Shown: piece by piece, positions 1 to 9,790 of the stretch | Numbering within the stretch: position 1 is the first letter of the stretch | Layout: each line of letters starts with the position of its first letter | IMG/VR virus record: IMGVR_UViG_3300037125_000004 | Coordinates: 1 to 46,889 of that record | Reading direction: 5' to 3' (one strand) | DNA length: 46,889 bases | Source of the DNA: a virus | Lineage: Duplodnaviria; Caudoviricetes | Position numbers and translations under genes: made by a program | Notes under the pieces: model-generated | Seen by the model: only the letters and a program-made list of their open reading frames with translations | Database searches by the model: none | What the model was told of the DNA's origin: nothing

Positions 1-127
1 GCCGGATGCTAGAAGCGGGACAAAAGAAAATTTTCTTTGATGCGTTCAACTCAACGCCCCCGCAGTATCCCATGTACACAACTGAAATGACTTCCGACAA
101 AGCCCAAGAAACCTACGACAGCATGGG
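1..127. repeat. Terminal direct repeat (identical to 46763-46889); assembly circularisation overlap
   Basis: gccggatgctagaagc...gacagcatggg occurs at both ends; it falls inside the capsid ORF. Confidence 0.95.
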
Positions 128-863
128 TAACCTGAAAGCCGCAGAGCTAAAGGCCGAAGGTGACGACATCAAGTATGGTAAAGTTTCTCAGGCTTACCAG
201 ACCACAATCATAAACTACACCTATGCAAATGGTCTTGAATATACGCACGAAGCTATTCGGGATGATTTGTATGGATGCGTCAATGATGCAAGAGCAACTG
301 AGCTGGCCCGTACTATGAAGGTAAAAGAAGAGCGTACCGCTATTGTAGGGCTTGATAACGCTTTTACCACTGCGCTTGCAGATGGTAAGGCGTTGTGCGC
401 AAACGATCATCCTTGTAAAGACGCGCCCGGACAGGTCAATGACACTTTAACTACCGGTGGGCTGACTACGGCAAATTTACAAACGGCTTTGAACATGTTT
501 AACGACTTTAAGAATCACGCCGGGGATCCCATGGATTCCGACGCAAACAAACTTATTACCCACAAGAACAACATGTTTACCGTCCGTGAAATCTTGCAGA
601 GTCAGAACAAAGCCAACGAACTGTCCAATACAAAAAACACTCTGCCGATGCTACAAGAAGTTTATCTGCGGTATCTCACGTCCACGACCGCTTGGTTCTT
701 GGAAGATACAATGTTTACTCATCTCATCTTCCAGTGGCGCGAACGCACTAACTTCTCGGCAGATCAGGACAACATCAGGACAAAAGACTACTATACAAAT
801 GCGCTTGGCCGTTGGGGCAATGGAGCTATTCCGAATATTGGCATAGTCGGCAGTGCCGGTTAA
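1..863 (+). CDS. Major capsid protein (3' part; true start ATG 46735 across the circular junction, MAVLTRADISRMLEAGQKK...)
   Basis: About 296 aa when joined; follows scaffold and decoration genes; RBS AAGGGGTG at 46721; motifs such as ADGKALCANDHP resemble Mu gpT-like capsid proteins. Confidence 0.85.
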   Translation, partial: RMLEAGQKKIFFDAFNSTPPQYPMYTTEMTSDKAQETYDSMGNLKAAELKAEGDDIKYGKVSQAYQTTIINYTYANGLEYTHEAIRDDLYGCVNDARATELARTMKVKEERTAIVGLDNAFTTALADGKALCANDHPCKDAPGQVNDTLTTGGLTTANLQTALNMFNDFKNHAGDPMDSDANKLITHKNNMFTVREILQSQNKANELSNTKNTLPMLQEVYLRYLTSTTAWFLEDTMFTHLIFQWRERTNFSADQDNIRTKDYYTNALGRWGNGAIPNIGIVGSAG

Positions 864-876
864 GGCGGTGTTGTAA

Positions 877-1302
877 ATGGGTAACATTGTATTACAAAGT
901 TCTAACTCAACATATGAACTGCCTGGGACGTTTGATTTTCAAGGCAAGGTAAAACAGTCTTACACTGAGACCGGAAGCACTGCCGCGAATCTCGCAAACT
1001 ATGGAGTATCTAAACTTACTGCCGGTACAACGGGAACCGGCCTAAACAAGTATACGTTAGGCGCTCCGGAAGCTGGATCGGTAAAGACCATTTATACAAC
1101 CGCAGCAGGATCAAGCGATTTTTCGATAGTCTACTCTGGGTCTACTGCCACTTTCTTCATAAGCGGATCCACGGCTCTTACTGATGCGCTATATGTATCG
1201 TTACAGTCTGACGGTGCAAGTGCAACTTTCTTGGGGCTTTCTACCGCCGAGTGGTTAGCAATCGGAGAAGTCGGAACTGTCGCATATACAACCAGTACCT
1301 AA
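877..1302 (+). CDS. Ser/Thr/Gly/Ala-rich virion protein (capsid decoration/minor head protein)
   Basis: Directly after capsid gene; about 30% Ser+Thr by manual count (42/141). Confidence 0.6.
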   Translation: MGNIVLQSSNSTYELPGTFDFQGKVKQSYTETGSTAANLANYGVSKLTAGTTGTGLNKYTLGAPEAGSVKTIYTTAAGSSDFSIVYSGSTATFFISGSTALTDALYVSLQSDGASATFLGLSTAEWLAIGEVGTVAYTTST

Positions 1303-1333
1303 GGGGGGTATATCCCCCCCCCTATCTTAATTT
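1301..1333 (+). terminator. G/C hairpin after head genes, possible weak terminator
   Basis: AGGGGGG-TATATCC-CCCCCCT followed by an AT-rich tail. Confidence 0.45.
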
Positions 1334-1346
1334 AAGGAGATTGCCA

Positions 1347-2078
1347 ATGAGCAAAGAGTACCGCAAGGTTGCTATCATGGGTTTTGCCCCGTCATGGATT
1401 GAGGCACCGTTTAAGGACAAGTCTTTTGAAATATGGGCCTTAAACGAAATGTACAAATTGTTTGCACAAAAACCAGAGGCCAGGGCAGATAGATGGTTTG
1501 AAATCCATAGCCCAGATTCGCCGTCGAAGAATACAAAAGAGCACAGGGAATTTCTTCGGAATTGTGAAATCCCTCTGTATATGTGGGATCATTCAGATGA
1601 ATTTCCAAACTCTGTACGGTTTCCTCGAGAAGAACTGCTTGATTATTTTGGCGCACCGTTTGGCGAACAGTTTAGGTATTTTACAAACTCCATATCGTGG
1701 ATGATCGCTTTGGCTATCTACGAAGAATACGACGAAATTCATGTGTACGGTGTGGACATGGCCGCAGATTCAGAATACGGTATGCAACGTCCATCATGTG
1801 AGTATTTTTTAGGAGTTGCAGCGGGAAAGGGAATAAAACTTTATTTGCCCAAAACAAGCGATCTTTTGAAAAACACTCTTTTATATGGGTTTGAAACAGA
1901 CAACACCTTAAGAATAGCAATTAAGAAACGGATAAACGATTTAAAGGGTAAACGCATGAAATATCTAAACGAATTAAACAGATGCAAAGCCAGGGAAAAC
2001 GAATTAGAAGCTGCTATAAATCAATTGGACGGAGCGATGCAAGACAGTAAATACTATCTTACGAATTGGGTGGTGTAA
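1347..2078 (+). CDS. Putative sialyl-/nonulosonyl-transferase (CstII/GT42-, GT29- or Maf-like fold) with C-terminal coiled coil
   Basis: RBS AAGGAG, ATG 1347; KVAIMGFAPS...IWALNEMY...FTNSISWMIALAIYEEYDEIHVYGVDM parallels recalled CstII motifs KVIIAGNGPS...VFRCNQFY...TSGVYMCAVAIALGYKEIYLSGIDF. Confidence 0.7.
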   Translation: MSKEYRKVAIMGFAPSWIEAPFKDKSFEIWALNEMYKLFAQKPEARADRWFEIHSPDSPSKNTKEHREFLRNCEIPLYMWDHSDEFPNSVRFPREELLDYFGAPFGEQFRYFTNSISWMIALAIYEEYDEIHVYGVDMAADSEYGMQRPSCEYFLGVAAGKGIKLYLPKTSDLLKNTLLYGFETDNTLRIAIKKRINDLKGKRMKYLNELNRCKARENELEAAINQLDGAMQDSKYYLTNWVV

Positions 2079-2705
2079 ATGACCGCACAAGAATTGTTAA
2101 ACGATATTGATTTAAGATTACCCAATAAATTTGCGACAGCAACTAAAATAGGGTGGATTAATTCGTGTCTAAAAAAATATGAGGAGTGGTTTACGTCTAC
2201 TTCTTTATACCCGTTCAATACAACTGACGGTGAAGCGTATTATGATTATCCTACCGGAATGGAGCCAGACCGCATTCAGAAGATTGAAATTGCTTCGTCT
2301 GCTTCGTCAACAACATATAGCGAATACAACAAGGCCGGAATAAACGACGATCTGAGCGGCTTACAGTGGCTTAATGAGGCAACTACAGATGGAATGCAGT
2401 TAAGGATTTATCCCGCACCATCTACTACGGTAGAAGTTAAAGTGTACTATGAGGCAGCGCCCACCGCAGTAGCAAATTCATCCGACACATTGGATATAGC
2501 AGATGAACTAACTGACTTGCTAAAATACAACGTCATGAAAACAATTGCTCAATCGGGAGTTGCACCCGATATAGACTTAGGAAACAACTACTGGGAAGAA
2601 GAAAAAGAAGCGTTTCGCAATATCAAAATGAATTATTATAACAAAAAGCAAAAATTACCGAAGCAAACAAAAACATATAAAAAAGCATACTGGGGCGGTT
2701 GGTAA
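2079..2705 (+). CDS. Head-tail adaptor / tail tubular protein A-like
   Basis: Position and size; MTAQELLNDIDLRL N-terminus and LRIYPAP motif typical of podoviral adaptors. Confidence 0.65.
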   Translation: MTAQELLNDIDLRLPNKFATATKIGWINSCLKKYEEWFTSTSLYPFNTTDGEAYYDYPTGMEPDRIQKIEIASSASSTTYSEYNKAGINDDLSGLQWLNEATTDGMQLRIYPAPSTTVEVKVYYEAAPTAVANSSDTLDIADELTDLLKYNVMKTIAQSGVAPDIDLGNNYWEEEKEAFRNIKMNYYNKKQKLPKQTKTYKKAYWGGW

Positions 2706-4225
2706 TGGCAAGATGGACACAGGTTAGATACGAAAACGCCACAATTCAAAACGGTATAGGCAACGGTCTAGACCAAAATAAAAACCCGTACAGAGTGCAG
2801 GGCGACAAAGCAATATATATGAAAAACGGATGTGGAGCAATTTCGCCTGGGTTTCAGACAATGGAAGATATTTATTTAGATTCTGACTTTTCAACGCAGT
2901 TTCCCAAACAAATATTTGCAACTCCGTCAAGCGACGGTGGCACAGTGGATTATCTGAATGTTGTGACCGAAACAGCATGGTACGGAAAAAGCGTATCAAC
3001 TAATCCATTTTTGTCAACAGACTTTACTGAAATAGCTACCCTAACAACTGGTGGGTCGCGTCCTGGACTGGCACAATTAAAAACCGGAACAAAAACCTAT
3101 AATGTCATGATGGACAAGGTAAACAAAAAATATGCTGACATAGGAACAACGGGACTGGATATAACAAGCACGGGATGTCCGGCAACAAATATCGTAACTG
3201 TATATGGTAATAGAGTATACTGTGCGGCAAACGCTGTCTTGTATCATTCTGCTTTAGCTAAACCAGAAGATTGGACAACGGCAAGTGATTCGGGGAGTAT
3301 TCCTATAGGATCGGCAAAAAGCGATATTACTTGTCTTGTATCATATAACAATCATGTAGTTATATTTACTATGACATCCATGCACGAACTATACGGAAAA
3401 GGGCCGTCTACATTCCAGATTGTAGACGTATCAAACTCAATCGGATGTGTCAGTCATTTTGCGGCGGCAGAAGTAAACGGGATTTTATATTGGCTCGGGC
3501 GGGATGGAGTGTACTCTTACAATGGCGCAAAAATCACTGAGATAAGCGATCCGTTTATAAACGAAACGTTAGATAAAATGATAGCCGCAGGTTTAGAACA
3601 AAATCAATATTGCGCTGGAAGTTATGCGGGAAGGTTTTTCTTGTCTTATCACACTACAGATAGCGCTGCAGATGTTGATTGGGTTGAATACGACACCCAA
3701 AGAAAACAGTGGTATTCGGTAGAGACAAACTTTGATGATATCTCTACCTCAAAAACGTTAAAATATTTAGATGCATGTTCGCAGAACGCAAACAATTTTT
3801 ACGGGATAGGCAAAAACGGTTATGTATATACTCATTGGGCATCATCGACGGGCCACGGAACATTGCACGACACTTTATCATCCGAGACTGAACCAATCAA
3901 GTTTGAAGAATGGGGACCGCCCTATACAGATGGTACAATCTCAAACGAAAAAGTTCTCAAGAGAATGTACATGACGGCTGATGTAGGCAGCGATGCAAAA
4001 TTGTCTGTGGGGTATACAACCGAACCATATAGCTATAAAAACCCAGCGGCAATCGGAATACATTCTTTGGGAAACGTACTGCCTAGCAGGGACAAGGAAT
4101 CGGTTGAACTTGATATAACTCCACAGCCTGGTACGAAACAATATTCAATTGTTCTAAGTGGATTTGGCGACATAAAAGCGTTTTTGTTACAAAAAGATTA
4201 TCGTATACGGAGAAACAGCAGATGA
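2705..4225 (+). CDS. Tail nozzle / packaged-DNA stabilisation protein (P22 gp10 / T7 gp12-like beta-propeller)
   Basis: TAATG coupling to the previous gene; YGNRVY, IGCVS, LYWLGRDGVYSYNG propeller-type motifs. Confidence 0.7.
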   Translation: MARWTQVRYENATIQNGIGNGLDQNKNPYRVQGDKAIYMKNGCGAISPGFQTMEDIYLDSDFSTQFPKQIFATPSSDGGTVDYLNVVTETAWYGKSVSTNPFLSTDFTEIATLTTGGSRPGLAQLKTGTKTYNVMMDKVNKKYADIGTTGLDITSTGCPATNIVTVYGNRVYCAANAVLYHSALAKPEDWTTASDSGSIPIGSAKSDITCLVSYNNHVVIFTMTSMHELYGKGPSTFQIVDVSNSIGCVSHFAAAEVNGILYWLGRDGVYSYNGAKITEISDPFINETLDKMIAAGLEQNQYCAGSYAGRFFLSYHTTDSAADVDWVEYDTQRKQWYSVETNFDDISTSKTLKYLDACSQNANNFYGIGKNGYVYTHWASSTGHGTLHDTLSSETEPIKFEEWGPPYTDGTISNEKVLKRMYMTADVGSDAKLSVGYTTEPYSYKNPAAIGIHSLGNVLPSRDKESVELDITPQPGTKQYSIVLSGFGDIKAFLLQKDYRIRRNSR

Positions 4226-4464
4226 TATTAAGACGCAATAAAAACCCAATAACGACATTTGAATCATGGCGAAAAGAAATATTGTCGGAGATAGACATTG
4301 TTTTACCTTTGAGCGATAACCCGAAAGACACGCAGATAGCATGGCAAAAACAACTTTCAGATTATTTTGGTGGTACAACTTATATGCCAAACCTAAAGAT
4401 ATACAGCAATCCACTTGACACACAATTGGCATGGCAAAAAGAACTTATGTACGCATTTAATTGA
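4222..4464 (+). CDS. Small protein with three NPxxTxxxWxKxL/I repeats
   Basis: NPITTFESWRKEI / NPKDTQIAWQKQL / NPLDTQLAWQKEL. Confidence 0.6.
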   Translation: MILRRNKNPITTFESWRKEILSEIDIVLPLSDNPKDTQIAWQKQLSDYFGGTTYMPNLKIYSNPLDTQLAWQKELMYAFN

Positions 4465-4473
4465 GGTGATACT

Positions 4474-5244
4474 ATGGCAACATACCGTGAAGGAAACAGA
4501 GGCTCAGGAGTAGCAGACTTACAAAATCAATTAAGGTCGGCAGGATATGATATTGCTGCCGATGGAATATATGGGCCAAAAACCGCCGCTGCCGTAAGAG
4601 ATTTTCAATCCAAAAGCGGTTTAACGGTAGATGCTATTGCCGGAAATCAGACAATGGGAGCGTTAAGAAATAGATCGTCTTTTCCACAACCAGCCCAACA
4701 ACAAGCGCCTCAATACGGAAACTACAGTATGCCAGAATTTAGTTATAACCCTAAAAAAGACAGAGCATTACAACAAGATATAGCGGCAACAAATCAGGCA
4801 GTTATGGAGGCTGCAAACGAACGTGGAATACTTTATGGAACCGGCACCAGTGAATCAATGGCAAGAAGTACAATCGGCCTTACCGCTCAATACAGACAAA
4901 GAGCATTTGATAGATACCAAGCAAAAGTTAACACTCGAAGAGCAGAAATAGACGACGCAATGAATAGAATCAATACGCTTGGATATGCGGATAATTATGC
5001 AGCGTCTATATTGGGTATTGCACCTGGAACTCCGTCGTATCAAGCACAAAGAGACGCAGACCAGCGCAAACAACAATTGCGAATGCTGGAAATGGAATAT
5101 GAATTTAGAAGAAGATATGAGGATGCAGACAATAGCGGTGAACCAATTATAGTACCGTTGCCGTCGCCCAATATGCCTCCCTATCAAACTGGAACAAACA
5201 CGCCCAACACATTGCCTGGTGGATACCCCCAATGGAGGCCATAA
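4474..5244 (+). CDS. Internal virion/ejection protein with N-terminal peptidoglycan-binding domain
   Basis: GSGVADLQNQL...ADGIYGPKTAAAVRDFQ...VDAIAG is a PG_binding_1 signature; RBS GAGGTG. Confidence 0.7.
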   Translation: MATYREGNRGSGVADLQNQLRSAGYDIAADGIYGPKTAAAVRDFQSKSGLTVDAIAGNQTMGALRNRSSFPQPAQQQAPQYGNYSMPEFSYNPKKDRALQQDIAATNQAVMEAANERGILYGTGTSESMARSTIGLTAQYRQRAFDRYQAKVNTRRAEIDDAMNRINTLGYADNYAASILGIAPGTPSYQAQRDADQRKQQLRMLEMEYEFRRRYEDADNSGEPIIVPLPSPNMPPYQTGTNTPNTLPGGYPQWRP

Positions 5245-8200
5245 ATGAGCGGACTGTATGATGCAATGCAACAAATACGTGATCGTACAAATAATCCATT
5301 TTTAAGATATGATGAAATTACACCATATATAGATCAAGACACTCGAATATTTAATGAGCAAAGATATAAAAGCGATAACGGATATGATTATGCGCTAAAC
5401 ACTATACGCAGAAATTATAACGATTATTCTATTTCAGATGACGATATAAAAGGATTTATCAATCCGCAAACAAGAGAATTTGACCTGGGACTATTTTCTT
5501 CTGTTAGGGAATACGGTCAAGGGTATAAAGAGCTTGGGCTGAGTTATACGGAAGCAATGAATTTTCTTAATGACTACGGCGAAATGTCGGTTGATCGTTA
5601 TGAGCAGTTAAACCCTTATTTTGAATACGAACAAAAAACACCACAAGAATTTGAGTTTGATATATCCAAATACAAATATGATTCTAATAATTTTATTGAT
5701 CAAATTAGACAAGCAAGAGGCGTACCGCCCCAGTCGCTATTGGAACAGTACGATTTTACTGATAAAGACGATGTGAAATTATATCAAGAAGGGAAATTGC
5801 CCAGATCAATGGGTGGATTCTTAAAATCAGACAAAGCAATAGATAAACTTGGAATTACCCCAGATATTCCAACAATTCCGGAAGATCAAACAAAGCTAAC
5901 GCCACAAGAAACCGAACAGCAAAAGTCAGACATGAACAAATATTTCATGGAGAAATACGGGTATGAGTCGGCCTCTGCCACACCGATGATTAAAGGCGAA
6001 CCTATGCCTGAAAACTTTTGGACAAAGGCGCATCAGACCATACAAAATGCCAAACAAGGCGTAGTGGGTAAGGCGGTAAAGCAAGTTGCATCAGCTTATG
6101 ATCCTTTTTATGGGCTTTTTAGAACAATTGTAGATATAGACAACCGAACCAGAAAAGACGAAAAAAAAGCAGGAGACAATTTTACTGATTATATTGCATG
6201 GCTAACAAATCCTATCAATCAGATTTTAACTTTGCCGCTTACTATGGGCGCTCAAGCAGATATAGCTCAATCACAGGCAGACAAAGGGAAAGTGGGCGCG
6301 TATTTTAAGGGACTGGGTCAAGGCGTTGCAGAAGTAGCAAAAGGAGTGGCCGGGCAAGAAGCCGATGTATACGATACAAGAAGAATGTTTGAAGAAATCT
6401 GGATGCCTAAAGCCATGGCTAAACTAAAAGACAGGCATCCGGGGTTATATAATATACTGGGTGGAATCATGCAGTATTTAGGTCCGGAAGATTTGCTTCC
6501 AGGAATAGGACTTGTTGATGACATAGCAGATGCCGCAAAAATGACAAAAGGCGTAATTAAAAACGCCGATGACATGATGGACCTCTATAGAATCAATCAG
6601 AAAGCACTTGCCAAACTAGATGATGCGGCTAAATATGCGTCTATGATTAAACAAGCCGATGACCCTGCGGCTGCTTTATCGAAATTAGAACCTGAAACAG
6701 CCGAAAAAGTGGTAAATAAGCTAGAGGGTGAAAAAGTCACAGAAGCACTAGACGAAGTTGTTCCCGAATGGAGAACAGAAGCGGCGACAACTTTAAATGA
6801 CAGTACACAACAATCGTATACAGAAATAAATGGAGTCAAGTATTACGACGAAGCAGTGGGACAAGCAGAAGATAGCGCACTGGCCGCTAGGGCCAGTGAA
6901 TTTGAACGTGTGCCGGAAGACATTGGGCAAAAGCTTGCTGATGAACCGGTACAATACCAACGGTCTTTACAGGACGTAGCTAAAACCAACGCTCAAAAGG
7001 TAATGGAAGAAAACGACTTCGAAGTATTGAGAAGAAACGTTTTGGAAGGAGATAGCTTTTCAAATGCCACCGAAGCTACGGTAGCAAGGAACGTATTTGA
7101 CGAACTCCTGAACAAAGGGCGAACAGATGAAGCAATAGAAATCCTGGATGCCGCTTCGAGAAAGTTCACAAAAGCCGGGCAGATAGGCAATGCCGCTAAA
7201 TGGTGGAACGCCGGGCCGACTGGCGTACTAAAAATGGCTGAAAACATTTTGAAAAAAAACGGCAGAAAACTTACGCCTGAACTGACAGAGTTATTGACAA
7301 AAGCGGCAGGGGAACTAGACGCTGCCAAACAAGCTAAGTCAGTAGATGGATATATAGATGTAATTAAAAACCTTGCAGAAGAACGAAAAGTAAAGATTAC
7401 TGCTAGAGACGAAAAGTTTATGCGTACTCTGAACGTAGATGAACTTGACGAACTTGCTTCCGCACAACTAGCGGCAAGAGTTTATGACGAACTACCTTCA
7501 AGTGTGGCAAAAAAAATAAGTACATATCAAGCCATATCGCACTTGCTAAACCTTCGTACACTAGCTAGAAATGTAACCACAAATGTTGCGCTCAACATGG
7601 TTGAGAGGGTTGCAAATTTGCCAGCAATGCTTCCTGATTGGATAATGTCTTTATTTACTGGACACCGCACAATAGGGTTAAAAGGAAATATTTTAGGTCA
7701 AATAAAAGTTGGCGCAAAACGTGGACGATCAGCAACGTTAAACACAAGGTTGGGAACATTCAATTTAACCAAGTCTGCGGGTAAATATGATTTGTTTCAA
7801 AATCGCACTTTTAGCAAAGGGTTAAGCAAAAAGTTAGAAGATGCAATGGGTATAGGGTTAAGGTCGCCAGACGAATTTGCAAAGGGAATGGCGGAAGAAG
7901 AAGTGCTGCAAAATATGACGGCGGCTTTAGGATACAAAAATTTTGACGATGTGCCAGTAAAATATCAAAGAGAAATAAAAAAAATTGCAAATGAAAAAGC
8001 ACTATATAATACTTTACAAGACGAAACATGGGCTGGGACGGTATTGCAAACATTAAAAGAAGGGTTAAATAGAGTCGCGGGTGTTGGCCCGTTAGTTCCC
8101 GGTCAAGTTTTAAAGAAAACACGCGCATTTGGTGCTGGCGATTTGTTTGTTAAATATACTCGCGTGCCAGGTGCTTTGATGACAAGAAGCCTTGAATATT

Positions 8201-9468
8201 CTCCTGCCGGTGCGTTAAAAGCGTTTTGGTATGCTTTTAGATCAAAAGGGTTAGCAAAGCAAAGAAATATAGCATTAGCAATTGGACGATCAGCAATTGG
8301 TTCCATGGGGCTATACGGGTTAGGAAAAGTTTTGCACAATAAAGGATTGATTGTATCTGGAAATGATGAAAAAAACAAAGACATTAAAAAAATTCGCAAA
8401 CAACAAGGTATGCCAGAAAATTCTATTAATATGTCTGCGGTAGAAAGATGGATGCAGGGCAAAGATTTAGAAGCAAAAGACGGAGATAAATTTGTTTCTT
8501 TGGGAAGTATAGAAATCTTTGGTCAAGTATTGGCGATTGGCGCAGAAGTAGATAGGATTATGAAAATAGACGATCCTGAATATGGGGTCGGACAAAAAGC
8601 ACTCGATATAGCAGAAGTATCACTTGATACGGTTCTTGACATGCCTATGATGTATGTTTTAAACAAAATGCAGACAGAGATACAAAAGAAAAACAACGAA
8701 GATCCAGACGCCATGCCCTTTCCATATATAACAGTACCTTTGGCTGAATCTCTTCCAGGGTTTGTATGGTCAGGGGCAAGACAAACCGCACAAATTATAG
8801 ACCCTGTATACAGAGAAACTTACGCGGATACATGGCAGCAAGAAGCATGGAATAAAGTAATCAACAATATACCAGTGATTAGAAAACAACTAAGACCACA
8901 ACGTGATGTATATGGGGAACCAAGAACAAATCAAAAAGAGATGTATAAACGGTTTATAGATTTAGCTGTAAACCCAATGTATGTTTCAAATTATAAAGAA
9001 AATGAAATAACTGACTTTGTATTGAATTTATCAAAAAAAACAAAAGACGAAAGTTTTATTCCTCGGACAGTGCCAATATCAAAAGTAGATTGGGAAACAG
9101 CAACGTTTAAACTTTCTCAAGCAGAAAGAAATAGATATCTACATATAGAAGGTAACGTTTTAAACCAATACTACAATGCAATATATTCACAAAAAGACAT
9201 ATTTACCGATGAAGAATTAATTGAACTTTTTACAGACGCAAGAAAAGAAGCAGAAAAAACAGCAAAGTCACAAATAGCTGTAGAAAAATATGAACAAGGA
9301 GAGATGAACTATGTAGCAACAATAAAAACCGAAGAAGGGCAGACGTTACAGGTTGATATGCAACTTGTATACGACGAACTAAAAAATAATGATTGGTTTA
9401 ATGAAGCACCACAAGTATACAAAATTGAATATTTATCAGAATACTTAGATTACTTGAAAGGAGAATAA
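5245..9468 (+). CDS. Large internal virion / DNA-ejection protein (1407 aa)
   Basis: Size, helical composition and position after the nozzle in a podoviral layout. Confidence 0.65.
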   Translation: MSGLYDAMQQIRDRTNNPFLRYDEITPYIDQDTRIFNEQRYKSDNGYDYALNTIRRNYNDYSISDDDIKGFINPQTREFDLGLFSSVREYGQGYKELGLSYTEAMNFLNDYGEMSVDRYEQLNPYFEYEQKTPQEFEFDISKYKYDSNNFIDQIRQARGVPPQSLLEQYDFTDKDDVKLYQEGKLPRSMGGFLKSDKAIDKLGITPDIPTIPEDQTKLTPQETEQQKSDMNKYFMEKYGYESASATPMIKGEPMPENFWTKAHQTIQNAKQGVVGKAVKQVASAYDPFYGLFRTIVDIDNRTRKDEKKAGDNFTDYIAWLTNPINQILTLPLTMGAQADIAQSQADKGKVGAYFKGLGQGVAEVAKGVAGQEADVYDTRRMFEEIWMPKAMAKLKDRHPGLYNILGGIMQYLGPEDLLPGIGLVDDIADAAKMTKGVIKNADDMMDLYRINQKALAKLDDAAKYASMIKQADDPAAALSKLEPETAEKVVNKLEGEKVTEALDEVVPEWRTEAATTLNDSTQQSYTEINGVKYYDEAVGQAEDSALAARASEFERVPEDIGQKLADEPVQYQRSLQDVAKTNAQKVMEENDFEVLRRNVLEGDSFSNATEATVARNVFDELLNKGRTDEAIEILDAASRKFTKAGQIGNAAKWWNAGPTGVLKMAENILKKNGRKLTPELTELLTKAAGELDAAKQAKSVDGYIDVIKNLAEERKVKITARDEKFMRTLNVDELDELASAQLAARVYDELPSSVAKKISTYQAISHLLNLRTLARNVTTNVALNMVERVANLPAMLPDWIMSLFTGHRTIGLKGNILGQIKVGAKRGRSATLNTRLGTFNLTKSAGKYDLFQNRTFSKGLSKKLEDAMGIGLRSPDEFAKGMAEEEVLQNMTAALGYKNFDDVPVKYQREIKKIANEKALYNTLQDETWAGTVLQTLKEGLNRVAGVGPLVPGQVLKKTRAFGAGDLFVKYTRVPGALMTRSLEYSPAGALKAFWYAFRSKGLAKQRNIALAIGRSAIGSMGLYGLGKVLHNKGLIVSGNDEKNKDIKKIRKQQGMPENSINMSAVERWMQGKDLEAKDGDKFVSLGSIEIFGQVLAIGAEVDRIMKIDDPEYGVGQKALDIAEVSLDTVLDMPMMYVLNKMQTEIQKKNNEDPDAMPFPYITVPLAESLPGFVWSGARQTAQIIDPVYRETYADTWQQEAWNKVINNIPVIRKQLRPQRDVYGEPRTNQKEMYKRFIDLAVNPMYVSNYKENEITDFVLNLSKKTKDESFIPRTVPISKVDWETATFKLSQAERNRYLHIEGNVLNQYYNAIYSQKDIFTDEELIELFTDARKEAEKTAKSQIAVEKYEQGEMNYVATIKTEEGQTLQVDMQLVYDELKNNDWFNEAPQVYKIEYLSEYLDYLKGE

Positions 9469-9470
9469 AC

Positions 9471-9755
9471 ATGTTTACAAAAGACGATGGTAGAAGAATT
9501 TATTCAGGAGTGGCAATTACGTATACGTCAGCCGCTGCATCAACCGATCTTACGCCGGGTAATTATATTTTGCGAAACATCGGCAATGACAGTGTTCACT
9601 TTAACACTGAACAAACGGCAACGACAAACGACTGTATCATTCCGTCATCCAGTTCGCTTCCTGCTATATTTGAATATCCAGTAGCGATAACCGAGAATTT
9701 ATATTACATCGGAAATTCAACGGGTGGTACTATCATGGCAACAAAAATAGGATAA
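9471..9755 (+). CDS. Small Ser/Thr-rich virion protein
   Basis: RBS AAGGAG; beta-rich composition; TSAAASTD, SSSS, NSTGG. Confidence 0.55.
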   Translation: MFTKDDGRRIYSGVAITYTSAAASTDLTPGNYILRNIGNDSVHFNTEQTATTNDCIIPSSSSLPAIFEYPVAITENLYYIGNSTGGTIMATKIG

Positions 9756-9790
9756 AAAGGGAGGTTGAGCGACTATGATTGCCACCATGA

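Noticed and set aside
1-127. Biological terminal repeat
   Set aside because: 127 nt equals a common assembler k-mer and it splits the capsid gene; best read as a circularisation artefact
5245-9468. Tape measure protein or virion RNA polymerase
   Set aside because: No tail tube or chaperone genes and no polymerase motifs recognised; layout is podoviral
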